From contig NC_068990.1 in NCBI RefSeq assembly GCF_001194135.2, forward strand, positions 40,759,167-40,798,027: a stretch of DNA of 38,861 nucleotides, in the 5' to 3' direction. How positions within the stretch are numbered: position 1 is the first letter of the stretch; every line of letters begins with the position of its first letter. A program made the translations under genes and the position numbers. This DNA comes from Octopus bimaculoides. Taxonomy: Eukaryota. The notes under the pieces were generated by a model that saw only the letters and a program-made list of their open reading frames with translations, did not search any database and was not told the DNA's origin. This document shows, one piece after another, positions 22,399-34,671 of this stretch.

Positions 22399-24190
22399 AA
22401 AAAAAAAAAGAAACAAAGACGTAATACACCGAAAAACGTATTAAATCTAGATTTGAAGAGAAAGTATAGTTAAAAACGCGGGGTTCAGGAAATACCTTAG
22501 AAGGTACAATATACATCAGCAGAAAATTAGATAATTACTTGATGACTTCACGAAAGCTCCGGAGATACTTGCATCAGCGGACAAAACAAGTAACGTTTAC
22601 ATTGTTAATACTGAGAATATATATATATGATTAGGAAGGAATTACTCAGCAAATATAGAAGCGCTAATAACGACACATTAAAAAGAATTAACAATACAGG
22701 GTTACAAATTGCAACAAATTTAGCTATAGATGATGGAACCGAACCATACGTCCCTAAAAAAAACCCTGGATTCTGTTTAAGAACCATAAACCTAACTTTC
22801 TAATTGACCTCTCAGTTAGATTGATTTGTCCTAAATAAGATATAGGGATTATATTAGTAAGAAAATCATTGATAGAGTACTATCTGCTTTATGTCTACAA
22901 TTAGATTAGCCCTCTGGTCAAATACCTAAGAGGTAATTGGATGTTTTAAGCTTCTACAAATTAACAAAAACAGAAAATTCTTGCAACAAGATAAGAGAGT
23001 TAATAGTGGCGTAATACGTCACTATTAACCCGATCGTCCTCAATAAAGCCCTGATTTACAGTTTGAAAAATTCAAATTTGTCACGACGTGAAATAGACTT
23101 AACGCTTGCGGCGCGAGCCATTTTCATAAATTTTCATGGTAGATTATTGAGTAAATCAGATAGAGAGATTATGGAGTGAATAAGATAGAGAGACTTAGTC
23201 AGAATATATATCTTTTCATTAATCCAGTCTTTCTTTCCAGAAGTAACAGGAGGTCTATTTAGAGGTGATGCCCTATTCTTCCTGGACAGAAGTAGTAAAG
23301 TACAATTAGAAAGATATAGGAAACATTTCTTTAGACTTTTTAAGAATTTAGGACTCAACATTACTATTGAAAAATATTATCGTAGAGAAATGTAGAGTAA
23401 ATTTCCTTGACGCTACCGTTTTGATACTGGATTAATTGAACCATTTCACAAGCCAAATGATTATATTAAGTATATAAATGTAGCATCCAACTATCCAACG
23501 TCACTAATACGGGGATTAGTTAATAGCATTTCAACAAGAATTTCTAGATTATCTGCTAATAAAAAAACTTTCGAATCATATGAACCATATTATAATACTG
23601 CTTTAGTTAGGGCTGGATACCGTAAGAAAATTTAGTACATACAAGACACAGGCATACATACCCTTGCTAGTTCCTCCAATAATAATACACATTGTACACC
23701 AACACATGTTACGGTATGCAATCTGACTCAAATCGAGAATACAGGCCAGGAAGAATTGGTCAAGGCAATAAACTACAATTCAAAACTCATAGACACACAC
23801 AACACAATAATTCTACTGCACATAACACAATAAATTTTCCCAAACCTGTACAACACATTAGAACTAGCAGTCCAAACAGCAAATATAGGCACCATGATGT
23901 CCTCTGGTACAACCTAATCTTCGGTTCACATGTTTCAACCAAGATTGCTAGGAAATTTTTTGCCGCTTTAGACAAATGTTTCCCTAATCAAATAGATACC
24001 ATGCTATTTTTAATAGGCACACTGTGAAGGTATCTTATACGCTAACTCTATTAATCTAGAGCAACATATGCACGGCAATAACAATGGTAATATGAAACAA
24101 CAGTTCAATAACCCACCTACTGGAACTAGCAAACGTATATATCAAAATATCAAGGAGGAAGATGTAAACCACAAAGAAAAACACCTGATT
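22399..24190 (+). mobile_element. Penelope-like element (PLE) reverse transcriptase fossil, truncated before the GIY-YIG endonuclease
   Basis: Ordered PLE motifs across frameshifts: ADKTSNVY (from 22577), KNHKPNF..RLICPK*DIG (from 22779), DLVRIYI, GLFRGDAL (from 23252; decayed GLYRDDGL), GLNITIE, VNFLDAT (from 23397), PFHKPNDYIKYINVASNYP, ISTRISRLS, ALVRAGY, VLWYNLIF (from 23899), HAIFNRHTVKVSY. The 5' end runs into gap 22299-22398. Confidence 0.9.
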
Positions 24191-24825
24191 CAATAGTTTT
24201 CTTACATAAAAAAAATATTACATATATCTTAAATTGTAAATTCGAATTTTTCTTAAAAATTATTTCTAAATATGAATTTTGTTTTATTACCTCAATTTTT
24301 AATATTTATTTCTATTTTTAATTTTATTTTTAGTTCCCTTTATAATATTTACTATTAAAAAGTGTTTTATAATTTTATTAAAAATCTCTGTTTTTAAATA
24401 TTTTCAACTTTTCAAGCTTCAATATTTTTTAACTATTCATTTTTAATTTCCAATTTCCAATTTTTAATTTATGTATTAATTTTTAATGTTAACACTAATT
24501 TTTTTTTATTAATTTTCAATATTTATTGTTGTTGTTGTATTTTTTCCATCTTACCCAATGTGTCCTCTCGTTTATCTGATATTAGCGTGTGAGATTGAGA
24601 AAGATTTGGCTGTAATTTCCAGCAAGTCAAGCAACTATACATATTCTCACATTTTATCACACACACATATATACATGCACACATACATACCTACACACAC
24701 ACATACATACATGCACACATACACATACATACATACATGTAAATACACACAAATATACGTTTGAATCATTTTCAGTTAACTACTTCAGTGACTGTGCCTG
24801 ATTTTTTAACGTGACAAATCGTAGA

Positions 24826-24847
24826 GAGAGAGAGAGAGGGAGAGGGA

Positions 24848-24900
<53 letters not shown>

Positions 24901-24908
24901 GAGAGAGC
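24826..24908. repeat. (GA)n/(GGGAGA)n microsatellite
   Basis: Directly visible. Confidence 0.95.
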
Positions 24909-25384
24909 GGTGCTGTGTTGACGATCTGAACTACAGCTTATATAAACTTATCAGTTCCCTACCACTTCATATTAATTTATTAAAGCGTCTCCTTTTCCTT
25001 GCTTCCATTCGGGTTTTTATCAGCTTTACATATGAATGTATGTATGTGTGTGTATACGTATACATGTGTCTATGTATTTACGTACATATATGTATGCAGC
25101 GTTCAAAACAGATGACCCGATGACCCGGAAGTTGTTGCCTTTCCATTACTTACGCAAACAGCAGTAACTTTTTTCAGTTGAATACACGTCATTAATTGTT
25201 TAAAATTACCCAAATACGACAATTTTAACACGAAATAACTTCTAAAATGCAAAATTTTGTCAAAAACGTCAAGAGTAAACCGTGTCCTACGTGACACATT
25301 CAGCCAGTATCCGAAGTTTCAAACTGTTTAGTTAAAAAATAAATCAATTAAAAAAATCTGTGACTGAGATTGAATAGATCCCCC

Positions 25385-25475
25385 AACTTTGCCATTTATC
25401 CTTTCGGGGTCGATGAAATAATTACCAGCTTAGTACTGGCGTCGATTCCACTACCTAATCCTCTCTCCTCAAAAT
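25385..25475 (+). mobile_element. Family C SINE fragment
   Basis: aactttgccatttatcctttcggggtcgatgaaataattaccagcttagtactggcgtcgat. Confidence 0.7.
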
Positions 25476-26077
25476 AACTACCGTTCAAAATTACCATTTA
25501 ATTCGTTGTAGAATGCTTTGATGGCTCCCATGTTTAAGGTATTTAGTAGAATGAGACACAATGAAAAAAGAAGATTCATTTGCTTGTTCGTAGAGGTTTC
25601 AAGGCGTCAACCTGGCGGCGATTAGACACTAAAGCAAAGATACTATCGATGGCTTTGCGGTGTATGTCTAGTCAGTTATAGCGCAAAGAGGAAGCTACTG
25701 CAAGTGTGAGAAATAGAATTTGAAAGAGAGGGAGAAAGAGCGAGAACGTGAGGGCGATAAAAAGATAAACAACGAAAACAGTAACAATTATAAGACAATA
25801 AAATAGACAGTAAGTCTTCAGTTCTGTATTTTGGGAGCCCCTCATATAACAAAACAAACAAAATTAGTTATCAGAATACGAAGATAGAAAGTGGTCGGGT
25901 AGCGGAAAGGAATGGACGAGCGAAAGGGTACAGATATTGAATAAAATACTTTAAATTGACGAACCAAACGATATAAATATTTTAATTGAGGTCAAATAAT
26001 GGTAAACCTTTTACTGAACAGGAATGAAAGGAAACTATTTTTTGCTCCTTATATAAGTAACAACAGCAACAACGACG

Positions 26078-26156
<79 letters not shown>

Positions 26157-26165
26157 TAATAATAC
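26078..26165. repeat. (AAT)n microsatellite
   Basis: Directly visible. Confidence 0.97.
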
Positions 26166-26169
26166 TAAT

Positions 26170-26270
26170 TAATTCGTTTTATTGGCCACAAGGGCTAATA
26201 TCAATTAAAAACATATAAGGACAAAGAATGGACGAAGGTTACAAAAGGTTTTGTCCGAAAAGGTAGGAAA
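26170..26270 (-). mobile_element. Probable LINE 3' terminus (gcccttgtggccAATAAA followed by an (ATT)n tail)
   Basis: On the - strand a pyrimidine-rich UTR ends in AATAAA directly before the TTA array; the clade cannot be determined. Confidence 0.35.
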
Positions 26271-26271
26271 T

Positions 26272-26452
26272 AATAATAATAGTCCTTTCTACTGTAGACA
26301 CAAGGCCTGAAATATTTGGAGGTTGAGGCTAGTCGATTGTATGCCCAACTGGTACATTTCATCGACCCTGAAAAGGTGAAAAGTCAAGTCAACCTCGGCG
26401 GAATTCGAACTCAGAACGTAAGGACGGACGAAAACACCAGACGAGTACGTCT
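26272..26452 (-). mobile_element. Family C SINE copy with an (ATT)n tail
   Basis: Reverse complement: cgttctgagttcgaattccgccgaggttgacttgacttttcaccttttcagggtcgatgaaatgtaccag..aatcgactagc..tttcaggccttgtgtctacagtagaaaggactattattatt. Confidence 0.8.
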
Positions 26453-26956
26453 TATGGGGAAAAGAATATGGAACTTCAAATTTAACGACATTGATCAAGT
26501 GCAACCCGTTGATCAAGTGCACTCTAATTTTCTCTTTAATCTTTTCAGTACTTTTCCCATTCGAACCCTTCCCAAAAGACATAATTCGATCTTCAATTTC
26601 AGGTTGAAAATTCTTAAGGTATCCACTTCTTGACGTGTACTTTTCTAGGTTCAGTTAATTAACAATATTATCATTCTGCCTTTTTCCTGTTTGTCCACTT
26701 TTATTTATGCGTAACGCTTTTTTACAGAAAAAAAAAATTTTATTGCATCAAAACAAAAAACAAAAAAAAATAAATAAAATAAACTATAAAAACTAAAAGG
26801 TTTTGTTTCAGATACTTTAAACCCTAACCAAAAATTAAATTTTATAACTTGACGCGAAGTAAATTATATAGAAATGCCAAAGGGGAACCCGAAACGAAGG
26901 AGAAAATTACCAATAAAGCAATAATGGATTAACTGAAGCCAGCCAGAAAGCCTTAC

Positions 26957-27312
26957 TTCAAGTCAGTTAGTTTCAGGCAATGCGGTCCGATTCGGTTCAC
27001 GTTCTAGGGAATCACTTTGAGTACACCGCAAGTCTCTTCATCGATCACACCTCACGACAAACTAAACATCACATGGCTAGCTTCAGTACATCCTGAGTTT
27101 TCTCACAGATCAAGCCTGGGATGCGCTTCGCTCTACCATGATGCACCAAGATGATCAGCATGGTGATGTCTTAGATGGTGTCATGCTTGGTGATGCTTTG
27201 GATGGTATCATGCTTGGTGATGTCTTAGATGGTGTCCTGCCTTTTATTATCTCTTTCTCAGCCTGGATGTTGGGTGTTCTTGCTGCATTCAGACATAATG
27301 ATCAGAAAAAAA
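26957..27312. other. Exon-like segment with 3 x 27-bp repeat; strand unresolved
   Basis: Minus model: acceptor before 27282, RTPNIQAEKEIIKGR-TPSKTSPSM-IPSKASPSM-TPSKTSPC* (stop 27157-27155), donor gtaagg after 26957. Plus model: tctcacag|27109..27312|gtgaga, a 204-nt stop-free symmetric exon. No homologue recognised. Confidence 0.3.
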
Positions 27313-28350
27313 GTGAGAGGAAAACGAGCAGAAAAATAACGATAAACAGTTGTGTAAAAACATTTTCAAAACCAAAACAATTTTTTATATCATGTTCAAT
27401 ATTTTTAAAAGATTGAATTTTTTTGTTCTCTTGATAGGTAAATGCAAATAATCATTTTCAAAATCATTTAAATATGAATAAGAAATACGTTTTTCAGTAA
27501 TAGATTTGGCTATGATGAATTTTTAATGCCTAATTCTGCTAATTTGCTAAATTCTAATATATTTGATTAAATTTTTTCCTAATATAATTCAGATTCCAAA
27601 ATTTGGTGCTAAGCAGTCGTATTTATTATTTTAATTATAATTATTTCTATTGATTGATTTTCATTATTTGTTACAAAAATAAAATTAGAATATAATTCTT
27701 GACCCAACAATTAGCAAATAATCTTATTTCATGAGCTTAAATCGGTATATTTATGTTATAAATCTAAGAATAATTTTGTTCTCAAAGAATTTTGGTATTT
27801 TTATTATGTTTGAGTTAAAATGATAGAAATATTTTGTATCTAAACTTGTATCTTAACCCACTGTTTTTGCATGCAAAACTTGCACATAAAAAGCTTATCT
27901 TCATTTCACCTTAGATCCATTCTCTACAGGTAATGTATGAAATATACCTAATTTCAAAATTTAGGAAATTCGTAAAATTTTTAACTACCCTGCTAAAATC
28001 CACACCGTACACAAATCTAGATACAAAGAAATCGAAGAGGGCAACTAGTTCAAAACCAGTCGAAATTTTGAACTATAGCAACGCAGAACTTGTGTGAAAT
28101 GTGGAGAGGTTGCCTCTCAGCTGGAGGGCTGAAAAGACATGTTAAGAGAGTGCATATGGTGGCACCTGTTTTTCCTGCCAGTTAGTACAGTTGTCTAGTA
28201 TGTAATAAAATGTGTAAATGTTTGGCTGGGCTTAAATGTCATATAAGGGCATCGCATGGCATCAAAAATGGATTATTTCAGTAAGTCTTCTTGGCAATGG
28301 CTTTTCTCGAGTAACGAGGGTGCAGCTGTGATATACATACATACATACAT

Positions 28351-28385
<35 letters not shown>

Positions 28386-29884
28386 TACACACACACNNNN
28401 NNNNNNNNNNNNNNNNNNNNNNNNNNNNNNNNNNNNNNNNNNNNNNNNNNNNNNNNNNNNNNNNNNNNNNNNNNNNNNNNNNNNNNNNNNNNNNNNNNNN
28501 NNNNNNNNNNNNNNNNNNNNNNNNNNNNNNNNNNNNNNNNNNNNNNNNNNNNNNNNNNNNNNNNNNNNNNNNNNNNNNNNNNNNNNNNNNNNNNNNNNNN
28601 NNNNNNNNNNNNNNNNNNNNNNNNNNNNNNNNNNNNNNNNNNNNNNNNNNNNNNNNNNNNNNNNNNNNNNAGACAGACAGACAGACAGAAAGAAAGAGAG
28701 AGAGAGAGGGGAGAAAAGCAAGTGAGAGAAAGAGACAGACACTAATTAAATTTCAGCTCCACAATATAACTGAGATGATTTTATTCTTTCCTTTTATGAC
28801 CAGCCTATATACTCTAACTTTCTCTTTGAAAACTCTCTACTTTGGAGAAAGGTAATGTGAAAGTCTGAAAGAGAAAGAAGAGAGAGAGAGAGACGGAGAG
28901 AGGAGGAAAATGTCGCTGAGTGAAGGACTAATGCAACCGTATCTGCACAAGCAATGTATAAGCTTGTGTAGAAGCATGTAGGTGTGTGTATGTATGAATG
29001 TATGCATGTATGGGATCTATTCAATTTGACGGTCAGATTTTNNNNNNNNNNNNNNNNNNNNNNNNNNNNNNNNNNNNNNNNNNNNNNNNNNNNNNNNNNN
29101 NNNNNNNNNNNNNNNNNNNNNNNNNNNNNNNNNNNNNNNNNNNNNNNNNNNNNNNNNNNNNNNNNNNNNNNNNNNNNNNNNNNNNNNNNNNNNNNNNNNN
29201 NNNNNNNNNNNNNNNNNNNNNNNNNNNNNNNNNNNNNNNNNNNNNNNNNNNNNNNNNNNNNNNNNNNNNNNNNNNNNNNNNNNNNNNNNNNNNNNNNNNN
29301 NNNNNNNNNNNNNNNNNNNNNNNNNNNNNNNNNNNNNNNNNNNNNNNNNNNNNNNNNNNNNNNNNNNNNNNNNNNNNNNNNNNNNNNNNNNNNNNNNNNN
29401 NNNNNNNNNNNNNNNNNNNNNNNNNNNNNNNNNNNNNNNNNNNNNNNNNNNNNNNNNNNNNNNNNNNNNNNNNNNNNNNNNNNNNNNNNNNNNNNNNNNN
29501 NNNNNNNNNNNNNNNNNNNNNNNNNNNNNNNNNNNNNNNNNNNNNNNNNNNNNNNNNNNNNNNNNNNNNNNNNNNNNNNNNNNNNNNNNNNNNNNNNNNN
29601 NNNNNNNNNNNNNNNNNNNNNNNNNNNNNNNNNNNNNNNNNNNNNNNNNNNNNNNNNNNNNNNNNNNNNNNNNNNNNNNNNNNNNNNNNNNNNNNNNNNN
29701 NNNNNNNNNNNNNNNNNNNNNNNNNNNNNNNNNNNNNNNNNNNNNNNNNNNNNNNNNNNNNNNNNNNNNNNNNNNNNNNNNNNNNNNNNNNNNNNNNNNN
29801 NNNNNNNNNNNNNNNNNNNNNNNNNNNNNNNNNNNNNNNNNNNNNNNNNNNNNNNNNNNNNNNNNNNNNNNNNNNNNNNNNNNN

Positions 29885-29904
29885 CCTCCTCCTCCTCCTC
29901 CTCC

Positions 29905-29949
<45 letters not shown>

Positions 29950-29950
29950 C
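29885..29950. repeat. (CCT)n(CAT)n microsatellite at the edge of gap 29042-29884
   Basis: Directly visible. Confidence 0.95.
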
Positions 29951-30599
29951 GCTGCTGCCGCCGTCGTCCTCACCATTGATCATGGTAGCGGTTGTCTAAT
30001 AGTTACGCATATATTTAAGGTTCACTTTCTTTGTCTAGTTATAAATTAACTCGAACATGTTTACAATAATTTATGTAGGAATTCACGCGGAGTTCAACGA
30101 AAGAAAAGCGGCGAAATGAAAGGAAAAGAGCAAGTTACATTTCAGAACCACCAGCATCATAAGAACTACTATCGACATCACCAGAAAACTGAAATGATGG
30201 AAAAACTGAAGATATAGAAAAGATGGTGGTGGAGACGATGTGTGCAATAATGCACTTGTCAATTCAGTAACAATCCGTATTTGCATTCATGTGTGTTCTG
30301 GTATGTGCATGTGTAAGTGTGTGTGTTTGAATGAGTGAGTGTATATGCGAAATGTATGTGCATCGTATCACACAAGTGAGTGAAATTCTTCAAGTTGTTT
30401 ACGTGTGACATCTGAAGAGAGACATATTGCATTTTTAACATATCATTATCGCAAGATCCTTCCAATCCGATTATGGCACATCTTCATTTGCAGATACTTT
30501 GAAAGCTATACAGGTGAATCTTTGAAGTACCGCTTTTGTCGCAGATGTCATAATATAAATCTTTGCTTGGAGAAATCAGGTATAGCTGCGTGAATGTCT

Positions 30600-31320
30600 C
30601 CCTTTCTGCTTATCTTGGCTAAGTCAGTCCGTTTCTCTTCGATATCTGCAAACTTTGTGCCAAATAAACGACGAGTATCAATTCTTTCCAGTCTTGAGTT
30701 GACTGGAGCTATGGATCATATCTTAGAGACAATAAGATGACCTTGTTGCATTATAAATATTATGCATGTTAAGTCTGTTTGCATGCATCTGGACTCCTAG
30801 AGCTTGCGCAATTTGCTACTGACTTTTAAGACCCTCACTCCGAAGAATTTCCATCAGTGTTTTTAGTGTGTGCGATAAGAAAATTTCTGGAGATGTACTG
30901 TAGTCCTTGGGCGAATCATTCAAGAGCCAGCTGACTGGAAGCTGATTGAACTAGTCATGATGTTTCTGTAGAACATTGAACAAATTGAATATGCAGTAAC
31001 TGCGCTTCTTTATATTTGGTGCTGTTGAGCGTTTCAAGCTCAGCACTAGCAACTTGATGTTTGCAAATTATCATTCGATGGTCAGTCAAAAACTCAGTTC
31101 CTCTCATTGCACGGCTGAACAGAACATCATTGGGGTCTAACACCTGATGGTGATGTGGTGAATAAGATGCCAGTATTTGGTTCTAGGATGCATCCACGCG
31201 GCCTTAGATGGTTTTGGTAAAGTTGAAGTTTTGTTCTACGTATTCAGAGAGAAGTATTATACCTGTCACAACAGCTAGTTTTCGCAATACCAAGTTCCCG
31301 AATCACTAGAACTTTTCGAT
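30600..31320 (-). mobile_element. RTE-clade LINE fragment (end of the APE endonuclease plus linker), decayed
   Basis: Minus-strand fragments GIILLSEYVEQN, WMHPRTKYWHLI (31196-31161), DVLFSRAMRGTEFLTDHRMI (core 31113-31069) and LNMHNIYNATRSSY (30773-30732) match the RTE motifs WxHPRSKxWHLIDY and TRAMRGAxCWTDHRL. Confidence 0.8.
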
Positions 31321-31728
31321 TTGTCTTTATCCTTCATTATTTTTGTATTAGAATCATCCATCTTATCTTATTTGTGTATTCCAATCAATGTTTGATCTAA
31401 TGTGAGATATAACAGTTGTACACAAGGGAAACACGGAGTGATATTAGCTATGCTAATGCCGATCACTGCTTCAGTCAGTCTTAGCGGTAGACTTGTTACT
31501 CTCACCTATGAATTAGCCCCTCCAGAGGGGTTAGCTCTCAGCTCACTAAGTTTAGTAATATGTACACTGATCTAAGGATAACGAATATATATTTGAAAAT
31601 AAAAACAAAAGTTTTTAATATATATTTCTTAATATATACTCAAATGCAGAGGACATATGACTTATAAACAGAATACAGTAAGGCGCCAACTGGCTAATAA
31701 TGGAATCGATGATTCCAGGGAAGCAAAT

Positions 31729-32137
31729 TCTTATATTCTTATATTTGTTTCAGTCTTTTGACTGCGGCCATGCTGGAGCACCGCCTTTAGTCGAGCAAAT
31801 CGACCCCGGGACTTATTCTTTGTAAGCCTAGTACTTATTCTATCGGTCTCTTTTGCCGAACCGCTAGGTGACGGGGACATAAACACACCAGCATCGGTTG
31901 TCAAGCAATGCTAGGGGGACAAACACAGACACACAAACACACACACACATACACATATATATATACATATATACGACGGGCTTCTTTTAGTTTCCGTCTA
32001 CCAAATCCACTCACAAGGCTTTGGTCAGCCCGAGGCTATAGTAGAAGACACTTGCCCAAGGTGCCACGCAGTGGGACTGAACCCGGAACCATGTGATTGG
32101 TAAGCAAGCTACTTACCACACAGCCACTCCTGCGCCT
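31729..32137 (-). mobile_element. Full-length tRNA-derived CORE-like SINE, family B
   Basis: Head aggcgcaggagtggctgtgtggt (A-box) and ggttcagtccc (B-box), then gtggcaccttgggcaagtgtctt resembling the CORE domain (MIR-like gtgaccttgggcaagtcactt). Internal CA/TA microsatellite at 31921-31972; no clear TSD. Confidence 0.88.
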
Positions 32138-34348
32138 GGTAATGATTTAGATATCTATTTCCTCACGTTATATGTAATCAGGTAATGCAAATTATATATT
32201 TCTGGCCCGAAACACGCTGAAAAGACAGCAGCAAATTTGAATATATAAACTTACTTACTTGGTCATAATAACTACGAGAGAGAAAATCTTGGGTTAGGAA
32301 AGAAAATCTGGTAACGAGGATGTGTTACATTTACACTTTCTGTAGTTTATTGACAATGGAGATAAAATGAAATCGATCTAACCGAGAATCAAGAATTAAA
32401 ACTTAATCGAGAACAAATTTTATTCAAAATACTTTACCGTTACTCCTCAACACTGACTCCAGATCTTAATTAATTTCTTGCAAGGAATGTTTCTTCAAAT
32501 CGATCATAACAGAACGGTTAATATCGTTTCCTTAAACAAAGCTTCCATCATCATCTTTCAATACAACATATCTTTTAGATGACCTTTCATGCCACTCGAC
32601 CAAAGCAAAAGCATCCGTAAATCCATTGGGGCAAAAAGAGCAAAAAGAAAAAAAAAACAACAAAAAACCTAAATCAGATGAGAGATAGCTTGCCACCCAA
32701 ACATTTACAAAAACTTACGAGTAAATAAATGTTCGGTAAAATAAAGAATGCCTTGTGTTCTATATTTTTCATTTCCTTTTTCAACTCCAGCTCCCTCCAG
32801 TTTATCACTGTTTGACCTCTCACATTCAGGTCAAATATATCTTAACTTTTGCTAAACATTTCTCCCGACATCTTGTAATCAAGATATCACAGCTCCAGTC
32901 ACTTACTGACAAAGATTTGCCAACCTCCCTTTATATATTAGAACTCTCAAGAATGGAGGGAGAAAACGTATGAAACAAAAAAAAGAGAAAGAAATGGCAG
33001 AAAAGAAAAAAAGAACTTAGCAACGACATATGGTTAAACTAAACAACTTTTAAATTTTGAATTGACAGCTTATCTTTTGCTTGTCTCGCTTCCAATTAAA
33101 AAAAACTCTTCTCGTGACAGTCCATTTGTCTTCCGATTGTATATTATTTACCAGCGAAAGCATTCATGTCTGGATTTGTCATTGTTAACTTAGAATATAT
33201 CGTTCATTCTTATTCAGAGGAAATTAATCTTTATTTTATTTATGGCTTATTACATTTGTTTAGATGTTAGTTATTTTACTTTATTTATATTTTCCCTTCA
33301 CCTTGTTGCGATGAAGTCGACGTGTCCGCTTGTTAGTGTTTTTTGTCAAATCTTCAGTTTCATTCTCTGTCAAAATTATTCGATCTGGAATACATCTCTT
33401 TGAGTAGCAATAAATTTCTGGATTTCACTTTATTCATTTACACATTATTTTTTTTCCCTATTTAATGATCTATGTATTCCGAAAAGAATTCTTCGAACTC
33501 CCTGATCATTCACTCCTATTAATATGAGGCCTCATATTTATTGAGGAGAATAGTCGATACCATCTATTGCTAGAGGAATACATGCGTGGGTAAATTTTTT
33601 CAGCCCTTCAGAGAATAAAATTAAATGTCCACTTCATCAGGATATGAGAATATAATGGGACGACGACATGCTATAAGACATTTAGTTTGATTCTATCGTC
33701 TCAAATCTCAAATATTATCTATATACTTTTTAATTTTATTATTGAATTAGAGGTAAATTTCGATGCAAGTTAGAGTCTTGTTTGAAGTTAGTTATGTACT
33801 TGAAAAATCATTAACAATGCTGCATGCTATGTCTCCACTTCGAGAATGTTGTTTCTGAATACAAATTTTGCTAACGAGAATTTTGCATTTCATTCTTCTT
33901 GAAAAAATAATATGCCAGTAATATACTAATTCAGATCTAATCGCCTATGCAGTACCTTCACAATCATTGCTGTTTGGTTGAGTCAAAATATTATTTATTT
34001 CTCTTATTAGTGTACATCATAAAATTACAGGCAAGAAAAGTCGCAGCATTTATGCTCTTCTTGAAGTCTATAACGACTAACATTCGCAAATTACTGAGTC
34101 GCTTACGACTTTAGGTGCTCACCAAGAACAGGCTTCATTTGCTTTGACGTAAGTTGTAGTTATTTGATATCACTTTTACTCTGGTAATTTACCACCTGTT
34201 ACTTATTTTTAAGTGAAATGTGGCAAGTAAAATATATGATTCTATTACAGAAACATAAAGCGAAACAAAAGCAACAGATTTTTAACAAACCAAACAACCT
34301 TCGAATGGGTTATTCAATGCACTGTCTTCTTGGTCATCTTAACCTTAA

Positions 34349-34671
34349 CCCTTTAAATGTGAAATTAAATTTCATGATCATTCGAGTAAACATATTAAAT
34401 ATCTGGCAAAATATAGATTTAGTATTTTCTGCAAGTCACGTTGCCTCAATAAACTTAACATAAGTCAACGGAAAATAGTTTCAAACATGACAGATTTCAA
34501 TAAAAGATTGACTGATATATAAAAATATGTTTTCCGCAGTTAAAGGATGATAACATTTTGAGTGAATATGTCTAGATTTCAATAAAAGATTGACTGATAT
34601 ATAAACATATGTTTTCCGCAGTTAAAGGATGATAACATTTTGAGTGAATATGTCTTTCCGCCATAAAAGGG
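34349..34671. mobile_element. Putative TTAA-targeting (piggyBac-like) MITE containing an 82-bp tandem duplication
   Basis: TTAA|CCCTTT at 34345-34354 and AAAGGG|TTAG at 34666-34675; the TIR match is short and one TSD base differs. Confidence 0.4.
34492..34655. repeat. 82-bp direct tandem duplication
   Basis: 34492-34573 versus 34574-34655, one mismatch (aaaaatatg versus aaacatatg). Confidence 0.95.

Noticed and set aside
24755-24800. Minus-strand ctgaagt-agttaact-gaaa-atgattc motif
   Set aside because: The invariant A9 is missing and there is no stem I.
27400-28000. Possible DNA-transposon remnant in AT-rich DNA
   Set aside because: I could not identify paired TIRs, a TSD or coding motifs.
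30206-30225. CTGAAGA-tata-GAAA motif
   Set aside because: There is no stem I, stem III or NUH. It shows that the core alone arises by chance in AT-rich DNA.
34031-34148. Exon with acag| acceptor and |gtaagt donor
   Set aside because: Stops occur in all three frames. It could only be non-coding, and there is no other support.
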